A DNA stretch of 64,000 nt from an uncultured Aeromonadales bacterium (GCA_902782145.1 CACZLZ010000008.1:23327-87326); one strand, 5' to 3'. Shown: positions 10,402-20,002, counted from the first letter of the stretch. Translations and numbers: made by a program. Notes: generated from the letters alone by a model not told the origin.

Positions 10402-10428
10402 GGGATATCTCCTGTCCGCAAGCCATCA

Positions 10429-11115
10429 TCAGAAGGGATTAAACACACTGTTCAGGAACTTGGACAGCCAGCCCCGCTCCTGGGTGTTGGCAAAGTCTCC
10501 GGTTCCGCCGTACTGGATCCGGGCGTTGGCTATGCGCTGGGAGGACACGGTGTTGTCGGAGTTGATGTCCTCGGGACGCAGAAGACCGGTGATCCTGATG
10601 TACTCATTGCCATTATTGAGCATCAGCCACTTCTCGCCCCGGACCTTCAGATTGCCATTAGGCAAAACCTGTACCACACTGACAGAAATATTTCCCTGGA
10701 GGCTGTTGCTCTGGTTGGCCTCGGAGTCGCCCTTGAAGTCATTGCCCGCACCGCCCGAAGCCTCAGGGGTGAACTTGCCCAGATGGACATTCTGTCCCAG
10801 GAGGGTCAGAGGCTGCACGTTGAAGGAGCTCTTCTTCCCCAGTTCCGTGGTGGCGTTCTTCTTGGCGGAGGTCTTCTCCTCCAGGTTCACGGTGATGAGA
10901 TCCCCCACCTTGTGGGCCTTGATATCGGAGTAGATGCTGCTGACCCCGGCATTGTCAAAGATGGAGCCGGTGGGCACCACATTCACGGTGCGCTCCGCAG
11001 GAGCGGCAGGGGCAAAGTCCGGATCGTCGGGCTTGGGGGATCCTGCCTCGATGACGGAGGCGCATCCGGAAAGCAGGGCGGCTGAGATGATGGCGGCGGG
11101 AAGGATCCTGTTCAT
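10429..11115 (-). CDS. flgH: flagellar L-ring lipoprotein FlgH
   Basis: Lipobox LLSGC, then GSIFDN...VGDLITVNLEEKTSAKK...ISVSVVQVLPNGNL, the FlgH pattern. Confidence 0.95.
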   Translation of the reverse strand: MNRILPAAIISAALLSGCASVIEAGSPKPDDPDFAPAAPAERTVNVVPTGSIFDNAGVSSIYSDIKAHKVGDLITVNLEEKTSAKKNATTELGKKSSFNVQPLTLLGQNVHLGKFTPEASGGAGNDFKGDSEANQSNSLQGNISVSVVQVLPNGNLKVRGEKWLMLNNGNEYIRITGLLRPEDINSDNTVSSQRIANARIQYGGTGDFANTQERGWLSKFLNSVFNPF

Positions 11116-11183
11116 GGCTTTGCTCCTGTAGTTCTTTGTCTGCTGGCGGGCCCTCTCCGGGGCTCATTGATCAGTGCTTACGG

Positions 11184-11972
11184 TCAGGTGTTCTGGTTCA
11201 GGCTGGTGAGCATGGCATCCACGGTGGAGAGCACCTTGGAGTTCATCTCATACACCCGCTGGGCCTGGATGAGGTTCACCAGCTCCTCGGTGACATTCAC
11301 GTTGGCGGTTTCCAACATGCCCTGCTTGATGGTGCCCATGCCGTCCTGGCCGGCAGTGCCCTGGATGGGGGCGCCGGAGGACTGGGTCTCGGTGAAGAGG
11401 TTCTCGCCCACCGGCTCCAGGCCCATGGGGTTGATGAACCGGCTGACATTGAACTGGCCCAGGATCTGGGACTCGGCCTGGCCGGCCAGCTGCACAGAGA
11501 CCTGGCCGTCGGTGCTGATGGTGATGCTCACCGCATTGTCGGGGATCTGGATGGCGGGCTGCACGGTGTAGCCGCTGCCGGTGGTGACAATGGTGCCCTC
11601 CTCATTCAGGGCGAACTGGCCGTTCCGGGTGTAGGCGGTGGTGCCGTCAGGCAGTTCCACCTCAAAGAAGCCGGCGCCGTTGATCATCACGTCCAGGGAG
11701 TTGTCCGTGGTCTGCACATCGCCCTGGGTGAAACTCTTCTGGGTGGCGGTGACCTTGGCGCCCACGCCCACCATCAGGCCGGAAGGCAGGGTGGAGTCGG
11801 CGGAGGATCGGCCGCCAGGCTGGTTAACATTCTGATAGAGGAGATCCTCAAACACCGCCCGGCTCTTCTTGTAGCCCACCGTGGAGGCGTTGGCCAGGTT
11901 GTTGGAAATGACTGAAATGTTGGTCTGCTGGGCGTCAAGTCCTGTCTTGGCGATCCATAATGCCGGCATCAT
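11184..11972 (-). CDS. flgG: flagellar distal rod protein FlgG
   Basis: ALWIAKTGLDAQQTNISVISNNLANASTVGYKKSRAVFEDLLYQ is near-identical in pattern to enterobacterial FlgG. Confidence 0.95.
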   Translation of the reverse strand: MMPALWIAKTGLDAQQTNISVISNNLANASTVGYKKSRAVFEDLLYQNVNQPGGRSSADSTLPSGLMVGVGAKVTATQKSFTQGDVQTTDNSLDVMINGAGFFEVELPDGTTAYTRNGQFALNEEGTIVTTGSGYTVQPAIQIPDNAVSITISTDGQVSVQLAGQAESQILGQFNVSRFINPMGLEPVGENLFTETQSSGAPIQGTAGQDGMGTIKQGMLETANVNVTEELVNLIQAQRVYEMNSKVLSTVDAMLTSLNQNT

Positions 11973-11990
11973 GATAAACTCCTCACTCCC

Positions 11991-12737
11991 TTAAGAGAGA
12001 CGCATAAGACTGTTGCTGCTCTGATCCATTTCCTCGGCCGTCTTCATGATCTTCATGTTGGCCTCGAACTGGCGCTGTATTCTGATAAGCTGGGTCATCT
12101 CCGCTGCCACGTTGACATTGGACATCTCCACCGCTCCGTTCACCAGGGTCACCGTGGGATCCTCCAGGGCCTGGCTGCCGTCAGCCAGACGGAAGAGCCC
12201 GTCCTGGCCCTTCCGCAGATCCCTCAGGGGCGGCTTCACCAGTTTGATCTGGGCAAATTCCTCAATGTTGTTGTGCTCCATACCCTCAGGCACACCCTGG
12301 AGGGTACCGTCGGCATTGATGGAAATGTTCTGCACCGGCATCTGCACGGTCACCGGGGAGCCGGAGACATCCTTCACCGCCAGCCCTGAAGAGGTGCGCA
12401 GCACGCCCTCGGCATCAATGGCCAGGCTCCCGGTGCGGACATAGGCCTCATTGCCGTTCCGATCTTCCACGGCGATGAAGCCGTCACCCTTTACCGCCAC
12501 ATCCAGATCCCGTCCGGTGGTGTTGATGGCACCGGAAGTGAAGTCATGACCGGGGCGCTCGGTAAGGGAGAACACCCGGGTGGGATGGCCCTCACCATAG
12601 GCCTGCATGGCCCGGGCATGCTCGAAATCCGCCTTGAAGCCGATGGTGGACGCATTGGCGATGTTGTTGCCCCGGATGGCCAGACTGTTCAGGTTCTCCT
12701 TGGCTCCGGTCATTGCCACATAAAGCGCATGGTCCAT
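11991..12737 (-). CDS. flgF: flagellar proximal rod protein FlgF
   Basis: MDHALYVAMTGAKENLNSLAIRGNNIANASTIGFKA. Size (248 aa) and gene order also fit. Confidence 0.9.
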   Translation of the reverse strand: MDHALYVAMTGAKENLNSLAIRGNNIANASTIGFKADFEHARAMQAYGEGHPTRVFSLTERPGHDFTSGAINTTGRDLDVAVKGDGFIAVEDRNGNEAYVRTGSLAIDAEGVLRTSSGLAVKDVSGSPVTVQMPVQNISINADGTLQGVPEGMEHNNIEEFAQIKLVKPPLRDLRKGQDGLFRLADGSQALEDPTVTLVNGAVEMSNVNVAAEMTQLIRIQRQFEANMKIMKTAEEMDQSSNSLMRLS

Positions 12738-12808
12738 GATATCCTCCCGTGTCTGTCCCCGGCGGGCATCACGCCCGGCGGGGACCCTGTACTGTGCCTA
12801 TCCATATA

Positions 12809-12824
12809 AGCAATTAGGGTGCCA
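12809..12824 (-). promoter_or_regulatory. sigma54 -24/-12 promoter upstream of flgF
   Basis: Minus strand reads TGGCAC-CCTAA-TTGCT, a perfect match to TGGCAC-N5-TTGCW. It lies about 72 nt upstream of the flgF ATG, inside a 314-bp flgE-flgF spacer. Confidence 0.7.
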
Positions 12825-13051
12825 GATCTGGGGATCCGGAAAAGACAGGGTCAGCGGGACAGACGGGAGGTCACGGAAAGCCGGAAGGCAGAGGATGGAG
12901 GGCTGGAGCCTGAGAAGCAGGGTAAGGGAAGCAGGACCGTCAGAAAACGGCAGAGAGTCAGTCCCGTGCCGGAAAGGCGGCGCCGGAAAACTGACGGGAA
13001 AAGATCCGCCCGGAGGCGGACCCGGATACAGGAACAGAAACCTTTAAGAAC

Positions 13052-14563
13052 TCATGAGACGTTCAGGATAGTCTGCATGATGGCGCTGGCAGCCTCCAGG
13101 GCCTTGGAGTTGGCCTGGTAGTTCCGCTGGGCGGTGATCAGATCCACCAGGGAGGCGGACAGATCCACGTTGGAGGACTCCAGAGACGAGGACTTGATGA
13201 AGCCCGCGGTGCCGATGCCAGGCCGGGAGGCCACCGCCTCACCGGAGTTGATGGACTGCTTCCAGCAGGTGTCACCCAACTTGGACAGGCCCTGGCTGTT
13301 GGAGAAGGTTGCCATGGCGATCATGCCCACCTTCTTGATCACGCCGTTGGAATAGGTGGCCTGAACCAGGCCGTTGTCACCGATGTCAAGTCCGGTAAGC
13401 TGACCCTTGCTGGAGCCGTTCTGCACCAGTTTGCTCACATCGAAGGGCGAGCTGACCTGGGTGAGCTCCTCGAACTCGAAGGTGACCTGCTGGTAGTCGT
13501 TGACGCCGAGCAGAACCGATGCACCGTCAGGATTGCCGTCACCGTCATCATCGCCCACCTCGCCCAGGTACTGGGTGGTGAAGGAGATGGCCTTCAGCTT
13601 GTTGCCGTTGTAGTCCACGGGCTCGCCGGAGGAGTTGAAGAGAATGACTCCCGAAGTGACATCCCGGGTGTCCTTCTGACCGGAGGCGTCAGTGTGGACA
13701 TATTTGGTGTCCAAGGTAAGGTTGGTGCTGTTGACGTCAGTCTTGGAGAGGTTCACCATCTCCATGGTGGTGTTGCCGTCATCATCCAGCTTCTCGATGC
13801 CCACATAAACCTGCCAGGCGGTAAGGGTGGACTTCTTGCCGGCGTCATCGGTAATAGTCAGTTTGTCGGCATTCACATAATAGTATGTGGCAGTGTGCTG
13901 GTTGCCCAGGGAGTCGTAAATCGGCACTGAGGTGGTATGAGAATAAGTCTCAGGATTCTCAGGATCGAAATTGGCGGGAACCTTGGACTGATCCTCAGTG
14001 ATGGTTCCTGCAGTCCGGTCCAGGGTCAGTGCCCCCTTCTTAAGGAGCTCCTCTGAGGAGTTCAGGCTCATGCTGGAGGTGACCTTGGTGGTCTCGGCAG
14101 GGGTGCCGCCGTCGGTGGGCACCACCAGGTTCTTGGTGGAAGCCAGGGACAGGGAACTCACCTCGCCGTTGTCATCAACACTGTACACCTGCAGGCTGTA
14201 GCCGTTGGTGCTCACCACATTGCCCTGGGCATCCACCTGGAAGTTGCCGGCACGGGTATAGATGTTCTCCTCGGAGCCATCGGCATGGAGCACGAAGTAC
14301 CCTTCGCCGGAGATGGCCAGATCCAGGGTGTTGTCGGTGTTCTCGATGGATCCCTGGGAGAACTGCTGGGTCACAGATGCAGTCTGGACGCCGCTGCCCA
14401 CAATGGTCTTGGCGTTGGCGAAGATTGAGCGGGTGTACACATCGGCAAACTCGGCCCGGGACTTCTTGAAGCCGGTGGTGGCCACGTTGGCGATATTGTT
14501 GGAAGTGACGTCAAGGTCCTTCTGGGCGGCATTCAGTCCGCTGAGAGAGATGTTGAAAGACAT
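13052..14563 (-). CDS. flgE: flagellar hook protein FlgE
   Basis: N-terminus MSFNISLSGLNAAQKDLDVTSNNIANVATTGFKKSRAEF and C-terminus LESSNVDLSASLVDLITAQRNYQANSK. Confidence 0.9.
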   Translation of the reverse strand: MSFNISLSGLNAAQKDLDVTSNNIANVATTGFKKSRAEFADVYTRSIFANAKTIVGSGVQTASVTQQFSQGSIENTDNTLDLAISGEGYFVLHADGSEENIYTRAGNFQVDAQGNVVSTNGYSLQVYSVDDNGEVSSLSLASTKNLVVPTDGGTPAETTKVTSSMSLNSSEELLKKGALTLDRTAGTITEDQSKVPANFDPENPETYSHTTSVPIYDSLGNQHTATYYYVNADKLTITDDAGKKSTLTAWQVYVGIEKLDDDGNTTMEMVNLSKTDVNSTNLTLDTKYVHTDASGQKDTRDVTSGVILFNSSGEPVDYNGNKLKAISFTTQYLGEVGDDDGDGNPDGASVLLGVNDYQQVTFEFEELTQVSSPFDVSKLVQNGSSKGQLTGLDIGDNGLVQATYSNGVIKKVGMIAMATFSNSQGLSKLGDTCWKQSINSGEAVASRPGIGTAGFIKSSSLESSNVDLSASLVDLITAQRNYQANSKALEAASAIMQTILNVS

Positions 14564-14663
14564 GGCTTAAGCTCCTGTTCCTATGGTTGCCTGTTGATTA
14601 AAAAATCTGGTTGCAGAAAGTGTTCATTTTTCCGGCGCCTGCCGCCGGAATTCCGGCGCATTC

Positions 14664-15350
14664 CTAGCCGGCGGAGATCTCCAGCACATCGCTGAAGCTG
14701 TACTCGCCCAGGCCCTCCAAGTTGAGGGTGGTGCCTGAGCCCCCGGATCCGGTGACCACGCTCTGGATCCCGGCGTACACCTGGGAGGGCAGCGCCGTGG
14801 AGACACCTCCCACCCTGCCGGTGGCTGAGACCGTGTACAAACCGGCGGCCACCTGGTTGCCCTCAGAGTCCGTGCCGTCCCAGGCAAACTCCACGTTGCC
14901 GGTGTGGGTTCCCGGAGCCGAGGCCGAGTAAACCATCCTGCCGGTCTGATCAAACACATTGATGGTGATATCCGAGGCGCCCAGGGAGCCGGCGTTGATC
15001 ACCCCGCCAAAACCGGTACCGGAGGAGTAGCCGGTGCTGCTGTCAATAAGGGCGGTCCTGCCCACCAGGTTGGAAGCCATCAGGGCCTGGTTGGAGGTCA
15101 CCACATCGGTAAGACTCGAGACCGTCTGGTTGAGGGTGGCCACGCCGTTGACCGTGGAGATCTGTGCCATCTGGGCGATCATCTCCTTGTTGTCCGCAGG
15201 ATTGGTGGGATCCTGGTAGGCCAGTTCAGTGGTCAGCAGGCTCAGAAAGTCCGCCTGGGACAGATCATAGGATCCAGTGTTTCTGGAAGCCGCGGCGGCG
15301 GCGCTGGTGGCCTCGGTGGTGGCCAGACCGATATCACTGTAAATGGACAT
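14664..15350 (-). CDS. flgD: flagellar hook capping/assembly protein FlgD
   Basis: DFLSLLTTELAYQDPTNPADNKEMIAQMAQIST motif. Position between flgC and flgE. Confidence 0.9.
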   Translation of the reverse strand: MSIYSDIGLATTEATSAAAAASRNTGSYDLSQADFLSLLTTELAYQDPTNPADNKEMIAQMAQISTVNGVATLNQTVSSLTDVVTSNQALMASNLVGRTALIDSSTGYSSGTGFGGVINAGSLGASDITINVFDQTGRMVYSASAPGTHTGNVEFAWDGTDSEGNQVAAGLYTVSATGRVGGVSTALPSQVYAGIQSVVTGSGGSGTTLNLEGLGEYSFSDVLEISAG

Positions 15351-15364
15351 CTGTCATTCTCCTG

Positions 15365-15793
15365 TTACTGCTTGCCGATACGCAAAGTCTGTGCCAGAAG
15401 GGACTTGGCGGTTTCCGCCACCTGGACACTGGTCTGATAAGACTTGCTGGCGCTCATCATGTCAGCCATCTCCTCCACCACATTGATGTTAGGGCGGAAA
15501 ATGTACCCCTCATCATCGGCCATGGGATGATTGGGGTTGTACTCCCGGATGGCCGGGGCTGCGCTCTCCACGATGCCTGCAACCCCCACCCCGGCGGCAG
15601 CGCCGCTCTGGGACAGGGAGTTGGTGGCGTCCTTGAGCATGGTGGCAAAAACCGGACGCCGGGCCTTGTAGGCGGCACCCGAGGATGACGAAATGCTGTC
15701 GGCGTTGGCCAGGTTGCTGGCCACGGTGTTAAGCCTGATGGACTGGGCGCTCAGCGCCGAGCCGGCTATGTCCATGACTTTGAAAAGACTCAT
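15365..15793 (-). CDS. flgC: flagellar basal-body rod protein FlgC
   Basis: MSLFKVMDIAGSALSAQSIRLNTVASNLANADS...NVVEEMADMMSASKSYQ. Confidence 0.95.
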   Translation of the reverse strand: MSLFKVMDIAGSALSAQSIRLNTVASNLANADSISSSSGAAYKARRPVFATMLKDATNSLSQSGAAAGVGVAGIVESAAPAIREYNPNHPMADDEGYIFRPNINVVEEMADMMSASKSYQTSVQVAETAKSLLAQTLRIGKQ

Positions 15794-16206
15794 GCCTGAT
15801 CTCCTCTGAGAGCCCGGTTAAGAGAGTTAATGCGCTGATTGAGAAACTCCAGGGAGGCCTGGTAGCGCATGGCGTTGTCCAGGAACTCCATTCTTTCAGT
15901 CTGCACATCCACAGTGTTGCCGTCGCCGGTGTCCGGCTGGAGGGGGACCCGGTACATGATGTCCCCTGCGTTGCTGATCCCGGAAGATCCCTTAAGATGC
16001 ATCACATTGGTCCGGTCCAGAGACACGGTGGCGGGCCGGGTTTTTGACAGGGCCTGGTTCAGGGCCATGCTGAAATCCATGTCCCGGGCCTTGTAGCCGG
16101 GGGTGTCCGCATTGGCTATGTTGGACGCAAGGATCTCAGAGCGTGCATTGCGCACCCCGACGGCATACTGGTGCACGCCGAAGGCCTGATCAAAAGAAAT
16201 GGCCAT
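15790..16206 (-). CDS. flgB: flagellar basal-body rod protein FlgB
   Basis: Start at ATG 16206 (MAISFDQAFG) with AGGAGG 8 nt upstream, giving 138 aa. Contains the ILASNIANADTPGYKARD motif. The end overlaps the flgC start by 4 nt. Confidence 0.9.
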   Translation of the reverse strand: MAISFDQAFGVHQYAVGVRNARSEILASNIANADTPGYKARDMDFSMALNQALSKTRPATVSLDRTNVMHLKGSSGISNAGDIMYRVPLQPDTGDGNTVDVQTERMEFLDNAMRYQASLEFLNQRINSLNRALRGDQA

Positions 16207-16257
16207 AATCACCTCCTGTGGACTCAACAGGCTGAATGCCCGTACCGCTGACATTTA

Positions 16258-16273
16258 AGCAACAAGCGTGCCA
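16258..16273 (-). promoter_or_regulatory. sigma54 -24/-12 promoter upstream of flgB
   Basis: Minus strand reads TGGCAC-GCTTG-TTGCT, about 52 nt upstream of the flgB ATG. Confidence 0.75.
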
Positions 16274-16807
16274 CGTATCACCAGTTCCCCTGCCATCATA
16301 CGGAGCCGCTCCCGTCATGATCCCGTCTCTGCACGCACCGTCCGCCCGCCGGGGCCCCGGAAACCATCACGGCCGAGATCTCCGGCATGGAGGGTGGCAG
16401 ACAGCCGGCGCCAGAAACGGCAGATGGCTCCTGCCGCAGATTCAGCATTTTAAATGCCAAGGCCGACACCCACAGACGGCGCGGTCATCACAGAAGATGA
16501 GGAAACTGGAAAACAGACAGGTCGGAGCAGAAGGAGGACAGACGCCATGAGAGATTTCCGGCAGCGCCAGACATCTGCCAGATGTAGGGTCGCCGCCAGC
16601 AGAGTGCCGGATTGCATGCCCTGCCCCGCACAAAGAATGAGCAGATCCGCAAAACAAGCATTCCCGGACAAACATAACTGACACCGGACCGCAAAAGCGG
16701 GTAACATTCATAACAGGAGCATGGAGCTGGTAGTCCGGAAGCAAACCTGAATGCAGATGCTGTTCCGAACCGCATGTCGGCAGACCGCCCACGCCAGGAG
16801 ATCATCA

Positions 16808-18154
16808 TTGAAAAGCCTAGAGAACGCCGCAGACGCCGGCGAGTTGTTTGACCGCCTGTTTCCCCTGTGCCGGAGCATCCTGGGAGAAGGATACCGGCAG
16901 TCCCTCCGGATCCTAGAGGAGTACGTTCCCTTCCGGGAGATCTCCTATGAAAGCGGCCGGAAGGTGCACAACTGGGTGGTGCCTCCGGAATGGGAGGTGC
17001 GCTCAGGCTATGCGGAAAACCTGTCCACCGGGGAGAGGATCGCCGACTTTCACCGCTGCAACCTGGAACTGATGAACTACAGCGCCCCCTTCCAGGGGAC
17101 GGTGTCCCGAGATGAGCTCAGAAAGCACCTCTACACATCCGTAACCGATCCCTCATCAGTGCCCTACGTGTTCTCCTATTACAAAAGGCGCTGGGGATTT
17201 GCCGTGACCCGTCAGGTGTATGACACCCTGCCGGAGGGGGACTACCACGTGGCCATTGACACGGATTTCGTCCCCGGACGGGTGGTGGTGGGAGAGGCAT
17301 TCCTGCCCTCCACCACCGGATCCCGGCGGGAGATCATGCTCACCTCCTACCTGTGCCACCCGTCAATGGCCAACAATGAGCTCAGCGGTCCCATTGTGCT
17401 GGCCATGCTGTACCAGCGGATCAGCAGATGGCCCCGGAGGCGCTACTGCTACCGTTTCCTGATCAATCCGGAAACCATCGGCAGCATCTGCTACCTGAGT
17501 GATCACGGTGAGGATCTCCGGCAGAACCTCTTTGCAGGGATGGTGCTCACCTGCCTGGGCAGTTCCCAGGCACTCAGCTGGAAGACTTCCCGCCGGGGAG
17601 ATACACCCTTTGACCAGTTGATCAACACAAACAATCTGAGGCATCCGGGCTCCTTCAGGATCCGCCCCTTCGATCCCTCGGAGGGATCCGACGAACGCCA
17701 GTACTGCTCCTGCGGCTACAACCTGCCGGTGGGCCAGATGGCCCGGCTGGTCTACGGGACCTACCCGGAATACCACACCTCCAATGACAGCCGGGAACTT
17801 ATGGGATTGGACAATCTGCTCTCATCCTGCGACATGCTTGAAGGACTGCTGCAGCAGATGGAGGATGAGCACTTCTATGTCTCCCCCTGCCCCCTGGGGG
17901 AAGTGAAACTCAGCGATCACCATCTCTACCCGGACATCAACAGCGACGGCAACAGATATGCTGCGGCGCTGAATGATCCCCAGTTTGTGAGGACGGTGAT
18001 GATCCTGCTGAATTATGCCGACGGACTCCACGCCGCCTCCCATGTGGCGGCCAGGCACGGCCTGGATCCTAAACTGGTGCAGGCGGCAGCAGCCATCCTG
18101 AAGGAGAAGGGACTACTCCGGGAAGATCCGGAACGGACGCAGGAGGATTGCTGA
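16808..18154 (+). CDS. DUF4910 / aminopeptidase-like (M28-fold) domain protein, as seen in sugar-modification loci
   Basis: N-terminus ELFDRLFPLCRSILGEGYRQSL and overall layout resemble the DUF4910/DUF2172 proteins I recall from polysaccharide clusters. Start was chosen at TTG 16808, 6 nt after AGGAGA. The ORF is open from 16751. Confidence 0.6.
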   Translation: MKSLENAADAGELFDRLFPLCRSILGEGYRQSLRILEEYVPFREISYESGRKVHNWVVPPEWEVRSGYAENLSTGERIADFHRCNLELMNYSAPFQGTVSRDELRKHLYTSVTDPSSVPYVFSYYKRRWGFAVTRQVYDTLPEGDYHVAIDTDFVPGRVVVGEAFLPSTTGSRREIMLTSYLCHPSMANNELSGPIVLAMLYQRISRWPRRRYCYRFLINPETIGSICYLSDHGEDLRQNLFAGMVLTCLGSSQALSWKTSRRGDTPFDQLINTNNLRHPGSFRIRPFDPSEGSDERQYCSCGYNLPVGQMARLVYGTYPEYHTSNDSRELMGLDNLLSSCDMLEGLLQQMEDEHFYVSPCPLGEVKLSDHHLYPDINSDGNRYAAALNDPQFVRTVMILLNYADGLHAASHVAARHGLDPKLVQAAAAILKEKGLLREDPERTQEDC

Positions 18155-18278
18155 AAATGTCCATTGGACGCAACAGGACTGGAAGTGCACCATCAGCCCG
18201 GCACTCCGGGCACAGCACCAGGGGAACGAACATAACAGATCACAGTCAGATCCGGCACCTGCCGGTCCGGAGGACAGC

Positions 18279-19103
18279 ATGAGCACAGGCGTGGTGATGA
18301 TGATGGGCTCCCACCCGCGGCACTTTGCCGTTGCCCGGAGCCTCAAAGAAGGCGGGCATCTCAGGGCGATGGTAGTGGAACAGAGGGAGGATTTTGTGCC
18401 CGAGCCCGATCCCTCCTGGGATCCCCACTACCAAGAACTCTTCCGCCTGCACTTTGAAAAGCGGCGCCTGGCGGAAAAAGAAGCCTTCGGGGGAATTGAT
18501 CCAGAGGAGATCTGCCGGGGGATCCCCTGCCTGCGGTCAAGCCGGGAAGAACTGAACTCGGAAAAAGTGCTGGGATTCCTGAGGAAGCACCAGTCACCCA
18601 TGCTGGTAAGCTACGGAGTGCACAGGCTTTCCCCGGATGTGATCTCACTGTTTCCGGAAAAGGCCTTCAACATCCACGGTGGGCTGTCACCCTGGTTCCG
18701 GGGCAACACCACCCTGTTCTGGCCCTTCTACTTTCTGAAGCCCAACTATGCGGGCATGACCATCCACAGGCTCTCAGAGCGGCTGGACGGCGGTGACATC
18801 CTCCACCATTCCCTGCCAGAGTTGCGCCGCGGGGACGGGATCCATGATGTGGCCAGCCGGGCCGTGCTGCAGGTGGCAGAAGATCTGGGAAAGATCCTGG
18901 CCAGGCTGGATCAGGGGACTGAACTCAAGTGCGTGCCCCAGAAATCCCCCGGCAAACTCTTCGTCACCTCCGACTGGACACCCCAGACCCTTACGGTGAT
19001 CTATGATCTCTTCGGCGACCGCATTGTGGACCGCTTTCTGGACGGAACCCTGATCCGGGATGATCCGGAGGTGGTGGACTTCTTCCGGAACTGTCCGGAA
19101 TAG
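18279..19103 (+). CDS. formyltransferase-family protein (sugar N-formyltransferase candidate)
   Basis: NIHGGLSPWFRGNTTLFW matches the N-x-H...L-x-P-x-x-R-G catalytic motif. The Asp in RLDGGDILHH is typical of Fmt/PurN-like formyltransferases. Confidence 0.75.
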   Translation: MSTGVVMMMGSHPRHFAVARSLKEGGHLRAMVVEQREDFVPEPDPSWDPHYQELFRLHFEKRRLAEKEAFGGIDPEEICRGIPCLRSSREELNSEKVLGFLRKHQSPMLVSYGVHRLSPDVISLFPEKAFNIHGGLSPWFRGNTTLFWPFYFLKPNYAGMTIHRLSERLDGGDILHHSLPELRRGDGIHDVASRAVLQVAEDLGKILARLDQGTELKCVPQKSPGKLFVTSDWTPQTLTVIYDLFGDRIVDRFLDGTLIRDDPEVVDFFRNCPE

Positions 19104-19279
19104 CGCACCACCAGGCCTTCCGGTCAGAGCCCGGAAAGCCATGGCAGCATGAAGACAGGCAACACAAACTGAAGTGGAAACAGAAAGAGTCCCAGCATCC
19201 ATGCTCCTCTGGAGGAGCGATCAGAAGTCAGAAGGGAGGGAGGATCCGCAAATGGCAGACGGCACAGAGCCGCTCCGCC

Positions 19280-19753
19280 TCACGGGCGGCAGATCTGCTT
19301 CCTCCGACGCACCGCCAGGGTAAGCCGGGCATCGGCAATAAGGGCTGCCGGACGGTCCGGATGAAACAGCACGATCCGCCACACCTGGGTGGTGGCCCCC
19401 AGATGAAGGGGCACAGCACGGGCCCTGACAACACTGCCGCTGAAGGCCCCCTTAAGATGGCTTACCGTGATATCAAGGCCAAGGCAGCACCGGTCACCGG
19501 AACAGCACATGTTCCCCGCCACGGATCCCAAAGTCTCCGCCAAGACGGCGGAGGCGCCACCGTGGAGCATGCCGTAGGGCTGGCGTGTGCGGTTATCCAC
19601 AGCCATCTCAGCCTCCATGAAGCCGGGGCCGAAGGAGGTGAACCGGATCCCCAGGTATCCAATCATGCAGTCTTCCCCCAAGCGGTTCAGACTGTCCAGA
19701 TCAAAAGATCTCTGCCAGATCCCCGCTGCCGGGGCACTCCCCGGGTTTGCCAT
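19280..19753 (-). CDS. ydiI: PaaI/YdiI-type hotdog-fold thioesterase
   Basis: GIRFTSFGPGFMEAEMAVDNRTRQPYGMLHGGASAVLAETLGS...ARAVPLHLGATTQVWRI is the 4HBT/PaaI motif. It is adjacent to ydiJ, as in E. coli. The conservative start at ATG 19753 gives 157 aa. A GTG at 20002 would add an 83-aa repeat extension. Confidence 0.75.
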   Translation of the reverse strand: MANPGSAPAAGIWQRSFDLDSLNRLGEDCMIGYLGIRFTSFGPGFMEAEMAVDNRTRQPYGMLHGGASAVLAETLGSVAGNMCCSGDRCCLGLDITVSHLKGAFSGSVVRARAVPLHLGATTQVWRIVLFHPDRPAALIADARLTLAVRRRKQICRP

Positions 19754-20002
19754 GCCGGCAACATTTCCAGTGCACGCCGCACCTACAGTTTTCCCAGTTC
19801 CAGCCACGCCCACAGCACTCCCGGTTCCTGCCGTTGCATCCCCAGATTCTGTCCCACACACTCCGTTCACCACAGTCCCCGCAGCGTCTACGGCTTCCAC
19901 AGTTCCCACAGTCCCCGCAGCGTCCACTGTCCCCTCCGCATCCACTGCTCCCGCAGCGTCCGCCTTATTCACCGCAAAGCCCGCAGTGCTCAAGGTTTTC
20001 AC
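19754..20002 (-). repeat. 36-bp periodic A/G/T/V/D-coding repeat region upstream of (or N-terminal to) the thioesterase
   Basis: CACAGTCCCCGCAGCGTC occurs at 19871-19888 and 19907-19924, with related units nearby. In frame with the thioesterase it reads DAAGTVGTVEAVDAAGTV. Confidence 0.6.

Noticed and set aside
16274-16750. The expected flgA/flgM/flgN genes divergent from flgB.
   Set aside because: Only short Cys/Arg-rich ORFs without an RBS lie here. The region is treated as a non-coding regulatory spacer.
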